64,000 bases of DNA, taken from NCBI RefSeq assembly GCF_009914755.1, contig NC_060948.1; one strand, 5' to 3'. A model generated the notes under the pieces. That model did not search any database, was not told where the DNA came from, and worked only from the letters and a program-made list of their open reading frames with translations. The translations under genes were made by a program, and so were the position numbers. Below are positions 1 through 12,519 of the stretch, piece by piece (positions within the stretch are counted from its first letter, which is position 1; each line of letters begins with the position of its first letter). Source of the DNA: the human T2T-CHM13v2.0 reference genome, Homo sapiens.

Positions 1-1799
1 GGAATGCAATGCAATCAAATGGCATGCAATAAAATAGAATGAAAGAGAATCAAATGGAATTGAATCGAATGGAATCGAATGGATTGGAAAGGAATAGAAT
101 GGAATGCAATGGAATGGACTAGAATGGAATGGATTCGAATGGAAGGCAAAGGAATGGAATCTATTGGAATGGACTGTAATGGAATGGAATGGAAGGGATT
201 GGAATGGACTCGAATGGAATGGACTGCAATAGAAAGGATTCGAATGGAATGAAAAAGAATTGAATGGAATAGAACAGAATGGAATCAAATCGAATGAAAT
301 GGAATGGAATAGAAAGGAATGGAATGAAATGGCATGGAAAGGATTCGAATGGAATGCAATCGAATGGAATGGAATCGAACGGAATGGAATAAAATGGAAG
401 AAAACTGGCAAGAAATGGAATCGAAATGAATGGAGTGTTATGGAACGGACTCAAAAGGAATTGAATGTAATAGAATGGAGTGGAGTGGACTCGAATATAA
501 TGGACTGGAATGGAATGAAATCACAAGGAATGGGAACGAATGGAATGGAATGGAAAGGAATGGAATCGAATGGAAAGGAATCGAATGGAAGGGAATGAAA
601 TTGAATCAACAGGAATGGAAGGGAATAGAATAGACGGTAATGGAATGGAGTCGAATAGAATGGACACGAATGCTCAAATTGAATGGACTCGAATGGAATG
701 GAAACGAAAGGAATGTCATCGAATGGAATTGAATGGATTGGAATGAAATCGCATAGAATGGAGTGGAATCAAATGGAATTGAATCGAAAGGAAAGGAAGC
801 GAATGGACTGAAATGAAATGGAATGGAATTGAATGGAAAGTAGTGCAATGGAATAGAATGGAACGAAATTTCACGGAATGGAATCAAACTGAATGGAATC
901 AAATCAATGGAATCAAATCAAATGGAATGGAAAGGAATTGAATGGAGTAGATTGGATTGGATGGGATTGGAATGAAATGTACTGGAAAGGACTCGAATTT
1001 CATGAAACGGAATGGAATGAATTGGAACGGAATGGACTCGAATGGAATGGAATGTCATGGAATGGCATCAAATGGAATGGCATCAAATGGAATGGAATCG
1101 AATGCAATGGAATGCTATGGAATGGAATGGAATGCATTGGAATGGAATGTCCTGTAATGGAATGGATTCGAGTGGAATGGAATCGAATATAATGGAGTCG
1201 AATGAAATGGAATTGAAAGGAATGGGATCGAATACAATGGAATATACTGGAATGTAATGTAATGAACTCGAATGTAATTGACTGGAATGGAATGTACATG
1301 AATGGAATGTAATCGAATGGAAAGTAATCCAATGGAATAGAATCTAATGCAATAAAATCGACTCAGATAGAGTAGAATGTAATGGAATGGAGTGCAGTGC
1401 AATGGAATGGAATGGAATGGAATGCAATGGAATGGAATGGAATGGAATGGAATGGAATGGAATGGGATGGAATGGGATGGAATGGGATGGAATGGATAGT
1501 AATGGACTGGAGTGAAATGGACTGGAAAGGAATGGACTCAAATTGATAGGGCTCGAAAGGAATGGAGTCAAATGGAATGGTCTGGAATGGAATGAACACG
1601 AATGTAATGCAATCCAATAGAATGGAATCGAATGGCATGGAATATAAAGAAATGGAATCGAAGAGAATGGAAACAAATGGAATGGAATTGAATGGAATGG
1701 AATTGAATGGAATGGGAACGAATGGAGTGAAATTGTATGCAGTAGAAGGGAATAGAATGGAATGCAAGCGAAAGGAAAGGAATGGATTGGAATGGAATG
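1..1799. repeat. Partial DYZ1 unit (window start to first EcoRI site)
   Basis: Collinear with the distal half of later EcoRI-defined units; first GAATTC at 1800. Confidence 0.9.
1401..1496. repeat. Near-pure (GGAAT)n / (GGGATGGAAT)n tract, length-variable between units
   Basis: Longest nearly perfect pentamer run in the unit; all +/-5 and +10 unit-length changes map here. Confidence 0.8.
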
Positions 1800-2213
1800 G
1801 AATTCATTGGAATGGAAGGGAATGTAGTGTAATGGACAGGCCTGGAATAAAGTGGAATGCTACGGTCTCGAATGGAATAAAAATGTATGGAATGGAATGC
1901 AATGAAACGGAATCGAATGTCATAGAATGTAATGGAATGCAAAAAAATGGAATCCAAAATCATTGACTGGAAAGGCTGGGTGTCGAAAGGAATTGACTCC
2001 AATGGAATGGAATCGAATGGAATGGAAGTGAATAGAATCGAACTAAATCGAATGGAATGGAATTGATAGGAACGGAATGGAAAGGAATGCAATGATTTGG
2101 CATGGAATGGAATCGAATGGCATCGAATGGAATGGAATGGAATGCAATGGAATGGAATGCATTAGAATGTAATGAACTTTAATGGAATGTACTCGAATGG
2201 ATTCGACTGGAAT

Positions 2214-2228
2214 GGAATGTTCTGGAAG
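2214..2228. promoter_or_regulatory. Canonical heat-shock element motif HSE-A (gGAAt gTTCt gGAAg); recurs once per unit, deleted in unit 14
   Basis: Exact match to nGAAnnTTCnnGAAn. Binding is not shown by sequence. Confidence 0.55.
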
Positions 2229-2493
2229 TGAATGGACTCCAATGGAATGGATTCCAAAGGAATGGAATCGTACGGAATGGAATCTAATGGAATGGAATTA
2301 AATGGAAATGAATCAAATTGAATAGCACGGAATTGAATTGAATGGAATGGAATGCAATGGAATCTAATGAAACGGAAAGGAAAGGAATGGAATGGAATGG
2401 AATGGGCTGGAATGGAAAGGAATCGAAACGAATGGAATGGAATCGAACTGAAGAGACTGGAATGGAATGCACTGGAATGGAAGGGAGTGTAAT

Positions 2494-2508
2494 GGAAGGT
2501 TCTCGAAA
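2494..2508. promoter_or_regulatory. Canonical heat-shock element motif HSE-B (gGAAg gTTCt cGAAa); recurs once per unit
   Basis: Exact match to nGAAnnTTCnnGAAn. Binding is not shown by sequence. Confidence 0.55.
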
Positions 2509-3519
2509 AAAATGGAATCGAATGGAATGGAATTGAATGGAACGGAATAGAGTCGAATGGAATTGAATGGAATGGAATGGACTAGAGTGAAATGGAATCG
2601 AACCACAAGGAATGGACAGGAATAGAATGGTCTCGAATTGAATGGAATCGTATGGAATGGCATCAAACGGAATGGAATGGACAGCCACGGAATGGAATGC
2701 ACTCGAATGCAATGGAGTCGAAACTAATGGACTGGAATAGAATGGACTCGACTGGTACGGACTCCAATGGAATGGAATCGAATGGAAGGGAATCGAACGG
2801 AATGGACTCGAAGGGAAAAGACTGCAATGGAAAGGTCTCGAATGGAATGGAAATTAATGGAATGGAATGGAATCGAATGAAATGGAGTCAAAAGGAATGG
2901 AATCGAATGGCAAGAAATCGAATGTAATGGAATCGCAAGGAATTGATGTGAACGGAACGGAATGGAATGGAATCCAAAGGAATGGAATAGAATGGAATGG
3001 AATCGAATGGAAAGGACTCGAATGGAAATCACTCGAATAGAATGCAATTTAATAAAATAGGATCAAATGGAATGGAATGGAATGGAAAGGAATCGAAACG
3101 AAAGGAATGGAGACAGATGGAATGGAATGGAACAGAGAGCAATGGTATAGAATGGAATGGAATCATCTGGAATGGAATTGAATGGAATGGAATAATATGA
3201 AATGGAATGGAATGGAATGGAATGGAATGCCCTTGAATTAAATGGACTGGAATGGAATGGACTCGAACAGAGTGGAATGGAAAGTGTTGAGATAGAATGG
3301 AATGGACTCCTTTGGAATGGTGTAGTATGCAATGCAATCGACTGGCAGGGAATCAAAAGGAATGTAATGGAATGGATTGGACTGGAATGCAATGGACTCG
3401 AATAGATTGGAAACGGAATGCAAAGGAATGGAATGGAATAGTATGGAATGGAATGGAAAGGAATGGAGTGGAATAGACTAGAGTGGAATGGAATGGACTG
3501 GAAAGCAATGGACTGGAAT

Positions 3520-3534
3520 GGAACTTTCTTGAAT
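3520..3534. promoter_or_regulatory. Canonical heat-shock element motif HSE-C (gGAAc tTTCt tGAAt); recurs once per unit
   Basis: Exact match to nGAAnnTTCnnGAAn. Binding is not shown by sequence. Confidence 0.55.
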
Positions 3535-5373
3535 GGACTGGAATCAAACGGAATGGAATGCAATGCAATCAAATGGCATGGAATAAAATAGAATGAAAGA
3601 GAATCAAATGGAATTGAATCGAATGGAATCGAATGGATTGGAAAGGAATAGAATGGAATGGAATGGAATTGACTCAAATGGAATGGACTAGAATGGAATG
3701 GATTCGAATGGAAGGCAAAGGAATGGAATCTATTGGAATGGACTGTAATGGAATGGAATGGAAGGGATTGGAATGGACTCGAATGGAATGGACTGCAATA
3801 GAAAGGATTCGAATGGAATGAAAAAGAATTGAATGGAATAGAACAGAATGGAATCAAATCGAATGAAATGGAATGGAATAGAAAGGAATGGAATGAAATG
3901 GAATGGAAAGGATTCGAATGGAATGCAATCGAATGGAATGGAATCGAACGGAATGGAATAAAATGGAAGAAAACTGGCAAGAAATGGAATCGAAATGAAT
4001 GGAGTGTTATGGAACGGACTCAAAAGGAATTGAATGTAATAGAATGGAGTGGAGTGGACTCGAATATAATGGACTGGAATGGAATGAAATCACAAGGAAT
4101 GGGAACGAATGGAATGGAATGGAAAGGAATGGAATCGAATGGAAAGGAATCGAATGGAAGGGAATGAAAGTGAATCAACAGGAATGGAAGGGAATAGAAT
4201 AGACGGTAATGGAATGGACTCGAATAGAATGGACACGAATGCTGAAATTGAATGGACTCGAATGGAATGGAAACGAAAGGAATGTCATCGAATGGAATTG
4301 AATGGATTGGAATGAAATCGCATAGAATGGAGTGGAATCAAATGGAATTGAATCGAAAGGAAAGGAAGCGAATGGACTGAAATGAAATGGAATGGAATTG
4401 AATGGAAAGTAATGCAATGGAATAGAATGGAACGAAATTTCACGGAATGGAATCAAACTGAATGGAATCAAATCAATGGAATCAAATCAAATGGAATGGA
4501 AAGGAATTGAATGGAGTAGATTGGATTGGATGGCATTGGAATGAAATGTACTGGAAAGGACTCGAATTTCATGAAACGGAATGGAATGAATTGGAACGGA
4601 ATGGACTCGAATGGAATGGAATGTCATGGAATGGCATCAAATGGAATGGCATCAAATGGAATGGAATCGAATGCAATGGAATGCTATGGAATGGAATGGA
4701 ATGCATTGGAATGGAATGTCCTCTATTGGAATGGATTCGAGTGGAATGGAATCGAATATAATGGAGTCGAATGAAATGGAATTGAAAGGAGTGGGATCGA
4801 ATACAATGGAATATACTGGAATGTAATGTAATGAACTCGAATGTAATTGACTGGAATGGAATGTACATGAATGGAATGTAATCGAATGGAAAGTAATCCA
4901 ATGGAATAGAATCTAATGCAATAAAACCGACTCAGATAGAGTAGAATGTAATGGAATGGAGTGCAGTGCAATGGAATGGAATGGAATGGAATGCAATGGA
5001 ATGGAATGGAATGGAATGGAATGGAATGGAATGGAATGGAATGGAATGGGATGGAATGGGATGGAATGGATAGTAATGGACTGGAGTGAAATGGACTGGA
5101 AAGGAATGGACTCAAATTGAAAGGGCTCGAAAGGAATGGAGTCAAATGGAATGGTCTGGAATGGAATGAACACGAATGTAATGCAATCCAATAGAATGGA
5201 ATCGAATGGCATGGAATATAAAGAAATGGAATCGAAGAGAATGGAAACAAATGGAATGGAATTGAATGGAATGGAATTGAATGGAATGGGAACGAATGGA
5301 GTGAAATTGTATGCAGTAGAAGGGAATAGAATGGAATGCAAGCGAAAGGAAAGGAATGGATTGGAATGGAATG

Positions 5374-8300
5374 GAATTCATTGGAATGGAAGGGAATGTA
5401 GTGTAATGGACAGGCCTGGAATAAAGTGGAATGCTACGGTCTCGAATGGAATAAAAATGTATGGAATGGAATGCAATGAAACGGAATCGAATGTCATAGA
5501 ATGTAATGGAATGCAAAAAAATGGAATCCAAAATCATTGACTGGAAAGGCTGGGTGTCGAAAGGAATTGACTCCAATGGTATGGAATCGAATGGAATGGA
5601 AGTGAATAGAATCGAACTAAATCGAATGGAATGGAATTGATAGGAACGGAATGGAAAGGAATGCAATGAATTGGCATGGAATGGAATCGAATGGCATCGA
5701 ATGCAATGGAATGGAATGCAATGGAATGGAATGTATTAGAATGTAATGAACTTTAATGGAATGTACTCGAATGGATTCGACTGGAATGGAATGTTCTGGA
5801 AGTGAATGGACTCCAATGGAATGGATTCAAAAGGAATGGAATCGTACGGAATGGAATCTAATGGAATGGAATTAAATGGAAATGAATCAAATTGAATAGC
5901 ACGGAATTGAATTGAATGGAATGGAATGCAATGGAATCTAATGAAACGGAAAGGAAAGGAATGGAATGGAATGGAATGGGCTGGAATGGAAAGGAATCGA
6001 AACGAATGGAATGGAATCGAACTGAAGAGACTGGAATGGAATGCACTGGAATGGAAGGGAGTGTAATGGAAGGTTCTCGAAAAAAATGGAATCGAATGGA
6101 ATGGAATTGAATGGAACGGAATAGAGTCGAATGGAATTGAATGGAATGGAATGGACTAGAGTGAAATGGAATCGAACCACAAGGAATGGACAGGAATAGA
6201 ATGGTCTCGAATTGAATGGAATCGTATGGAATGGCATCAAACGGAATGGAATGGACAGCCACGGAATGGAATGCACTCGAATGCAATGGAGTCGAAACGT
6301 CGAAACTAATGGACTGGAATAGAATGGACTCGACTGGTACGGACTCCAATGGAATGGAATCGAATGGAAGGGAATCGAACGGAATGGACTCGAAGGGAAA
6401 AGACTGCAATGGAAAGGTCTCGAATGGAATGGAAATTAATGGAATGGAATGGAATCGAATGAAATGGAGTCAAAAGGAATGGAATCGAATGGCAAGAAAT
6501 CGAATGTAATGGAATCGCAAGGAATTGATGTGAACGGAACGGAATGGAATGGAATCCAAAGGAATGGAATAGAATGGAATGGAATCGAATGGAAAGGACT
6601 CGAATGGAAATCACTCGAATAGAATGCAATTTAATAAAATAGGATCAAATGTAATGGAATGGAATGGAAAGGAATCGAAACGAAAGGAATGGAGACAGAT
6701 GGAATGGAATGGAACAGAGAGCAATGGTATAGAATGGAATGGAATCATCTGGAATGGAATTGAATGGAATGGAATAATATGAAATGGAATGGAATGGAAT
6801 GGAATGGAATGTCCTTGAATTAAATGGACTGGAATGGAATGGACTCGAACAGAGTGGAATGGAAAGTGTTGAGATAGAATGCAATGGACTCCTTTGGAAT
6901 GGTGTAGTATGCAATGCAATCGACTGGCAGGGAATCAAAAGGAATGTAATGGAATGGATTGGACTGGAATGCAATGGACTCGAATAGATTGGAAACGGAA
7001 TGCAAAGGAATGGAATGGAATAGTGTGGAATGGAATGGAAAGGAATGGAGTGGAATAGACTAGAGTGGAATGGAATGGACTGGAAAGCAATGGACTGGAA
7101 TGGAACTTTCTTGAATGGACTGGAATCAAACGGAATGGAATGCAATGCAATCAAATGGCATGGAATAAAATAGAATGAAAGAGAATCAAATGGAATTGAA
7201 TCGAATGGAATCGAATGGATTGGAAAGGAATAGAATGGAATGGAATGGAATTGACTCAAATGGAATGGACTAGAATGGAATGGATTCGAATGGAAGGCAA
7301 AGGAATGGAATCTGTTGGAATGGACTGTAATGGAATGGAATGGAAGGGATTGGAATGGACTCGAATGGAATGGACTGCAATAGAAAGGATTCGAATGGAA
7401 TGAAAAAGAATTGAATGGAATAGAACAGAATGGAATCAAATCGAATGAAATGGAATGGAATAGAAAGGAATGGAATGAAATGGAATGGAAAGGATTCGAA
7501 TGGAATGCAATCGAATGGAATGGAATCGAACGGAATGGAATAAAATGGAAGAAAACTGGCAAGAAATGGAATCGAAATGAATGGAGTGTTATGGAACGGA
7601 CTCAAAAGGAATTGAATGTAATAGAATGGAGTGGAGTGGACTCGAATATAATGGACTGGAATGGAATGAAATCACAAGGAATGGGAACGAATGGAATGGA
7701 ATGGAAAGGAATGGAATCGAATGGAAAGGAATCGAATGGAAGGGAATGAAATTGAATCAACAGGAATGGAAGGGAATAGAATAGACGGTAATGGAATGGA
7801 CTCGAATAGAATGGACACGAATGCTCAAATTGAATGGACTCGAATGGAATGGAAACGAAAGGAATGTCATCGAATGGAATTGAATGGATTGGAATGAAAT
7901 CGCATAGAATGGAGTGGAATCAAATGGAATTGAATCGAAAGGAAAGGAAGCGAATGGACTGAAATGAAATGGAATGGAATTGAATGGAAAGTAATGCAAT
8001 GGAATAGAATGGAACGAAATTTCACGGAATGGAATCAAACTGAATGGAATCAAATCAATGGAATCAAATCAAATGGAATGGAAAGGAATTGAATGGAGTA
8101 GATTGGATTGGATGGGATTGGAATGAAATGTACTGGAAAGGACTCGAATTTCATGAAACGGAATGGAATGAATTGGAACGGAATGGACTCGAATGGAATG
8201 GAATGTCATGGAATGGCATCAAATGGAATGGCATCAAATGGAATGGAATCGAATGCAATGGAATGCTATGGAATGGAATGGAATGCATTGGAATGGAATG

Positions 8301-8950
8301 TCCTGTAATGGAATGGATTCGAGTGGAATGGAATCGAATATAATGGAGTCGAATGAAATGGAATTGAAAGGAATGGGATCGAATACAATGGAATATACTG
8401 GAATGTAATGTAATGAACTCGAATGTAATTGACTGGAATGGAATGTACATGAATGGAATGTAATCGAATGGAAAGTAATCCAATGGAATAGAATCTAATG
8501 CAATAAAATCGACTCAGATAGAGTAGAATGTAATGGAATGGAGTGCAGTGCAATGGAATGGAATGGAATGGAATGCAATGGAATGGAATGGAATGGAATG
8601 GAATGGAATGGAATGGGATGGAATAGGATGGAATGGGATGGAATGGATAGTAATGGACTGGAGTGAAATGGACTGGAAAGGAATGGACTCAAATTGATAG
8701 GGCTCGAAAGGAATGGAGTCAAATGGAATGGTCTGGAATGGAATGAACACGAATGTAATGCAATCCAATAGAATGGAATCGAATGGCATGGAATATAAAG
8801 AAATGGAATCGAAGAGAATGGAAACAAATGGAATGGAATTGAATGGAATGGAATTGAATGGAATGGGAACGAATGGAGTGAAATTGTATGCAGTAGAAGG
8901 GAATAGAATGGAATGCAAGCGAAAGGAAAGGAATGGATTGGAATGGAATG
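5374..8950. repeat. DYZ1 EcoRI unit 2, 3,577 bp (+8 duplication)
   Basis: GAATTC at 5374 and 8951; GTCGAAAC duplicated at 6291-6306. Confidence 0.9.
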
Positions 8951-11900
8951 GAATTCATTGGAATGGAAGGGAATGTAGTGTAATGGACAGGCCTGGAATA
9001 AAGTGGAATGCTACGGTCTCGAATGGAATAAAAATGTATGGAATGGAATGCAATGAAACGGAATCGAATGTCATAGAATGTAATGGAATGCAAAAAAATG
9101 GAATCCAAAATCATTGACTGGAAAGGCTGGGTGTCGAAAGGAATTGACTCCAATGGAATGGAATCGAATGGAATGGAAGTGAATAGAATCGAACTAAATC
9201 GAATGGAATGGAATTGATAGGAACGGAATGGAAAGGAATGCAATGATTTGGCATGGAATGGAATCGAATGGCATCGAATGGAATGGAATGGAATGCAATG
9301 GAATGGAATGTATTAGAATGTAATGAACTTTAATGGAATGTACTCGAATGGATTCGACTGGAATGGAATGTTCTGGAAGTGAATGGACTCCAATGGAATG
9401 GATTCAAAAGGAATGGAATCGTACGGAATGGAATCTAATGGAATGGAATTAAATGGAAATGAATCAAATTGAATAGCACGGAATTGAATTGAATGGAATG
9501 GAATGCAATGGAATCTAATGAAACGGAAAGGAAAGGAATGGAATGGAATGGAATGGGCTGGAATGGAAAGGAATCGAAACGAATGGAATGGAATCGAACT
9601 GAAGAGACTGGAATGGAATGCACTGGAATGGAAGGGAGTGTAATGGAAGGTTCTCGAAAAAAATGGAATCGAATGGAATGGAATTGAATGGAACGGAATA
9701 GAGTCGAATGGAATTGAATGGAATGGAATGGACTAGAGTGAAATGGAATCGAACCACAAGGAATGGACAGGAATAGAATGGTCTCGAATTGAATGGAATC
9801 GTATGGAATGGCATCAAACGGAATGGAATGGACAGCCACGGAATGGAATGCACTCGAATGCAATGGAGTCGAAACTAATGGACTGGAATAGAATGGACTC
9901 GACTGGTACGGACTCCAATGGAATGGAATCGAATGGAAGGGAATCGAACGGAATGGACTCGAAGGGAAAAGACTGCAATGGAAAGGTCTCGAATGGAATG
10001 GAAATTAATGGAATGGAATGGAATCGAATGAAATGGAGTCAAAAGGAATGGAATCGAATGGCAAGAAATCGAATGTAATGGAATCGCAAGGAATTGATGT
10101 GAACGGAACGGAATGGAATGGAATCCAAAGGAATGGAATAGAATGGAATGGAATCGAATGGAAAGGACTCGAATGGAAATCACTCGAATAGAATGCAATT
10201 TAATAAAATAGGATCAAATGTAATGGAATGGAATGGAAAGGAATCGAAACGAAAGGAATGGAGACAGATGGAATGGAATGGAACAGAGAGCAATGGTATA
10301 GAATGGAATGGAATCATCTGGAATGGAATTGAATGGAATGGAATAATATGAAATGGAATGGAATGGAATGGAATGGAATGCCCTTGAATTAAATGGACTG
10401 GAATGGAATGGACTCGAACAGAGTGGAATGGAAAGTGTTGAGATAGAATGGAATGGACTCCTTTGGAATGGTGTAGTATGCAATGCAATCGACTGGCAGG
10501 GAATCAAAAGGAATGTAATGGAATGGATTGGACTGGAATGCAATGGACTCGAATAGATTGGAAACGGAATGCAAAGGAATGGAATGGAATAGTATGGAAT
10601 GGAATGGAAAGGAATGGAGTGGAATAGACTAGAGTGGAATGGAATGGACTGGAAAGCAATGGACTGGAATGGAACTTTCTTGAATGGACTGGAATCAAAC
10701 GGAATGGAATGCAATGCAATCAAATGGCATGGAATAAAATAGAATGAAAGAGAATCAAATGGAATTGAATCGAATGGAATCGAATGGATTGGAAAGGAAT
10801 AGAATGGAATGGAATGGAATTGACTCAAATGGAATGGACTAGAATGGAATGGATTCGAATGGAAGGCAAAGGAATGGAATCTATTGGAATGGACTGTAAT
10901 GGAATGGAATGGAAGGGATTGGAATGGACTCGAATGGAATGGACTGCAATAGAAAGGATTCGAATGGAATGAAAAAGAATTGAATGGAATAGAACAGAAT
11001 GGAATCAAATCGAATGAAATGGAATGGAATAGAAAGGAATGGAATGAAATGGAATGGAAAGGATTCGAATGGAATGCAATCGAATGGAATGGAATCGAAC
11101 GGAATGGAATAAAATGGAAGAAAACTGGCAAGAAATGGAATCGAAATGAATGGAGTGTTATGGAACGGACTCAAAAGGAATTGAATGTAATAGAATGGAG
11201 TGGAGTGGACTCGAATATAATGGACTGGAATGGAATGAAATCACAAGGAATGGGAACGAATGGAATGGAATGGAAAGGAATGGAATCGAATGGAAAGGAA
11301 TCGAATGGAAGGGAATGAAATTGAATTAACAGGAATGGAAGGGAATAGAATAGACGGTAATGGAATGGACTCGAATAGAATGGACACGAATGCTCAAATT
11401 GAATGGACTCGAATGGAATGGAAACGAAAGGAATGTCATCGAATGGAATTGAATGGATTGGAATGAAATCGCATAGAATGGAGTGGAATCAAATGGAATT
11501 GAATCGAAAGGAAAGGAAGCGAATGGACTGAAATGAAATGGAATGGAATTGAATGGAAAGTAATGCAATGGAATAGAATGGAACGAAATTTCACGGAATG
11601 GAATCAAACTGAATGGAATCAAATCAATGGAATCAAATCAAATGGAATGGAAAGGAATTGAATGGAGTAGATTGGATTGGATGGGATTGGAATGAAATGT
11701 ACTGGAAAGGACTCGAATTTCATGAAACGGAATGGAATGAATTGGAACGGAATGGACTCGAATGGAATGGAATGTCATGGAATGGCATCAAATGGAATGG
11801 CATCAAATGGAATGGAATCGAATGCAATGGAATGCTATGGAATGGAATGGAATGCGTTGGAATGGAATGTCCTGTAATGGAATGGATTCGAGTGGAATGG

Positions 11901-12519
11901 AATCGAATATAATGGAGTCGAATGAAATGGAATTGAAAGGAATGGGATCGAATACAATGGAATATACTGGAATGTAATGTAATGAACTCGAATGTAATTG
12001 ACTGGAATGGAATGTACATGAATGGAATGTAATCGAATGGAAAGTAATCCAATGGAATAGAATCTAATGCAATAAAATCGACTCAGATAGAGTAGAATGT
12101 AATGGAATGGAGTGCAGTGCAATGGAATGGAATGGAATGGAATGCAATGGAATGGAATGGAATGGAATGGAATGGAATGGAATGGGATGGAATGGGATGG
12201 AATGGGATGGAATGGATAGTAATGGACTGGAGTGAAATGGACTGGAAAGGAATGGACTCAAATTGATAGGGCTCGAAAGGAATGGAGTCAAATGGAATGG
12301 TCTGGAATGGAATGAACACGAATGTAATGCAATCCAATAGAATGGAATCGAATGGCATGGAATATAAAGAAATGGAATCGAAGAGAATGGAAACAAATGG
12401 AATGGAATTGAATGGAATGGAATTGAATGGAATGGGAACGAATGGAGTGAAATTGTATGCAGTAGAAGGGAATAGAACGGAATGCAAGCGAAAGGAAAGG
12501 AATGGATTGGAATGGAATG
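8951..12519. repeat. DYZ1 EcoRI unit 3, 3,569 bp
   Basis: GAATTC at 8951 and 12520. Confidence 0.9.

Larger units (their letters stand above)
1800..5373. repeat. DYZ1 EcoRI unit 1, 3,574 bp (+5 pentamer)
   Basis: GAATTC at 1800 and 5374; one extra GGAAT near 5.0 kb. Confidence 0.9.

Noticed and set aside
864-1008. Additional HSE-like sites CGAAATTTCACGG and CGAATTTCATGAAA
   Set aside because: Only two correctly spaced units or off by one base, so they are not full three-unit HSEs.
1325-1335. DUX4-like motif TAATCCAATGG
   Set aside because: It mismatches the terminal CA of the TAAYYYAATCA consensus, which is too weak to call.
1351-3060. AATAAA polyadenylation-like hexamers (e.g. 1351, ~1846, ~1876, 3051)
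   Set aside because: They arise easily from GGAAT variants and no clear downstream GU/U-rich element was seen. Yq12 transcripts have been reported, but their ends cannot be located from sequence alone.
3063-3980. 305-aa minus-strand ORF open in every unit (FHSIP-rich)
   Set aside because: It is a translation of (ATTCC)n, which has no stop codon in any frame. It starts at TTG, has no domain-like content, and stays open only because the units are nearly identical.
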